The notes beneath the pieces were generated by a model that did not search any database, was not told the DNA's origin, and saw nothing but the letters and a program-made list of their open reading frames with translations. The position numbers and the translations under genes were made by a program. Source: a virus (lineage: Duplodnaviria; Caudoviricetes). Taken from it: DNA of 34,903 bases. Position 1 is the stretch's first letter. Each line of letters starts with the position of its first letter. The stretch spans positions 1 through 34,903 of IMG/VR virus record IMGVR_UViG_3300048823_000024. The stretch is one strand, 5' to 3'. Below, in pieces: positions 34,902 through 34,903 of this stretch.

Positions 34902-34903
34902 CG

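Noticed and set aside
1-34903. tRNA, rRNA, CRISPR array, integrase, terminase or IS element
   Set aside because: None recognisable by eye. Terminase and any integrase probably lie outside the window, and a tRNA scan was not possible.

Overview
The window is most of a tailed dsDNA bacteriophage (or prophage) genome with P22-like (short-tailed, podovirus-type) architecture, and nearly all genes lie on the minus strand. Reading right to left: a partial decoration-like gene and small basic genes, portal, scaffold, major capsid, head-completion and tail hub proteins, a GNAT-like protein, three ejection-type proteins, and a 1266-aa Cys-rich tail fibre/adhesin that begins with a signal-peptide-like segment. 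A lysis/membrane cassette follows (XhlA-like protein, holin, membrane-anchored helical protein, RNNNPGN-type lysozyme-like endolysin), ending at an intrinsic terminator. Back-to-back sigma70-type promoters near 9600-9680 drive a leaderless ribbon-helix-helix-like regulator (the only convincing plus-strand gene) and a leftward early operon: ERF recombinase, two KTSC-domain fusions, several Zn-finger proteins, an SF2 helicase, a primase Zn-binding-domain protein, ASCH, a DNA methyltransferase and a partial HNH nuclease. No terminase or integrase is visible. The main oddity is a 32-aa module (GYFPPTTWxEGPLGPHQV...) shared, with many synonymous substitutions, between the tail fibre and the membrane-anchored lysis-cassette protein, both apparently exported. 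Other oddities are a 17-aa duplicate of the holin N-terminus, two apparent frameshifts, a pseudoknot ahead of the lysis genes and possible non-AUG starts. An Acidobacteriota host is only a guess from the style of the proteins. All product calls come from motif recognition and synteny, not database searches.
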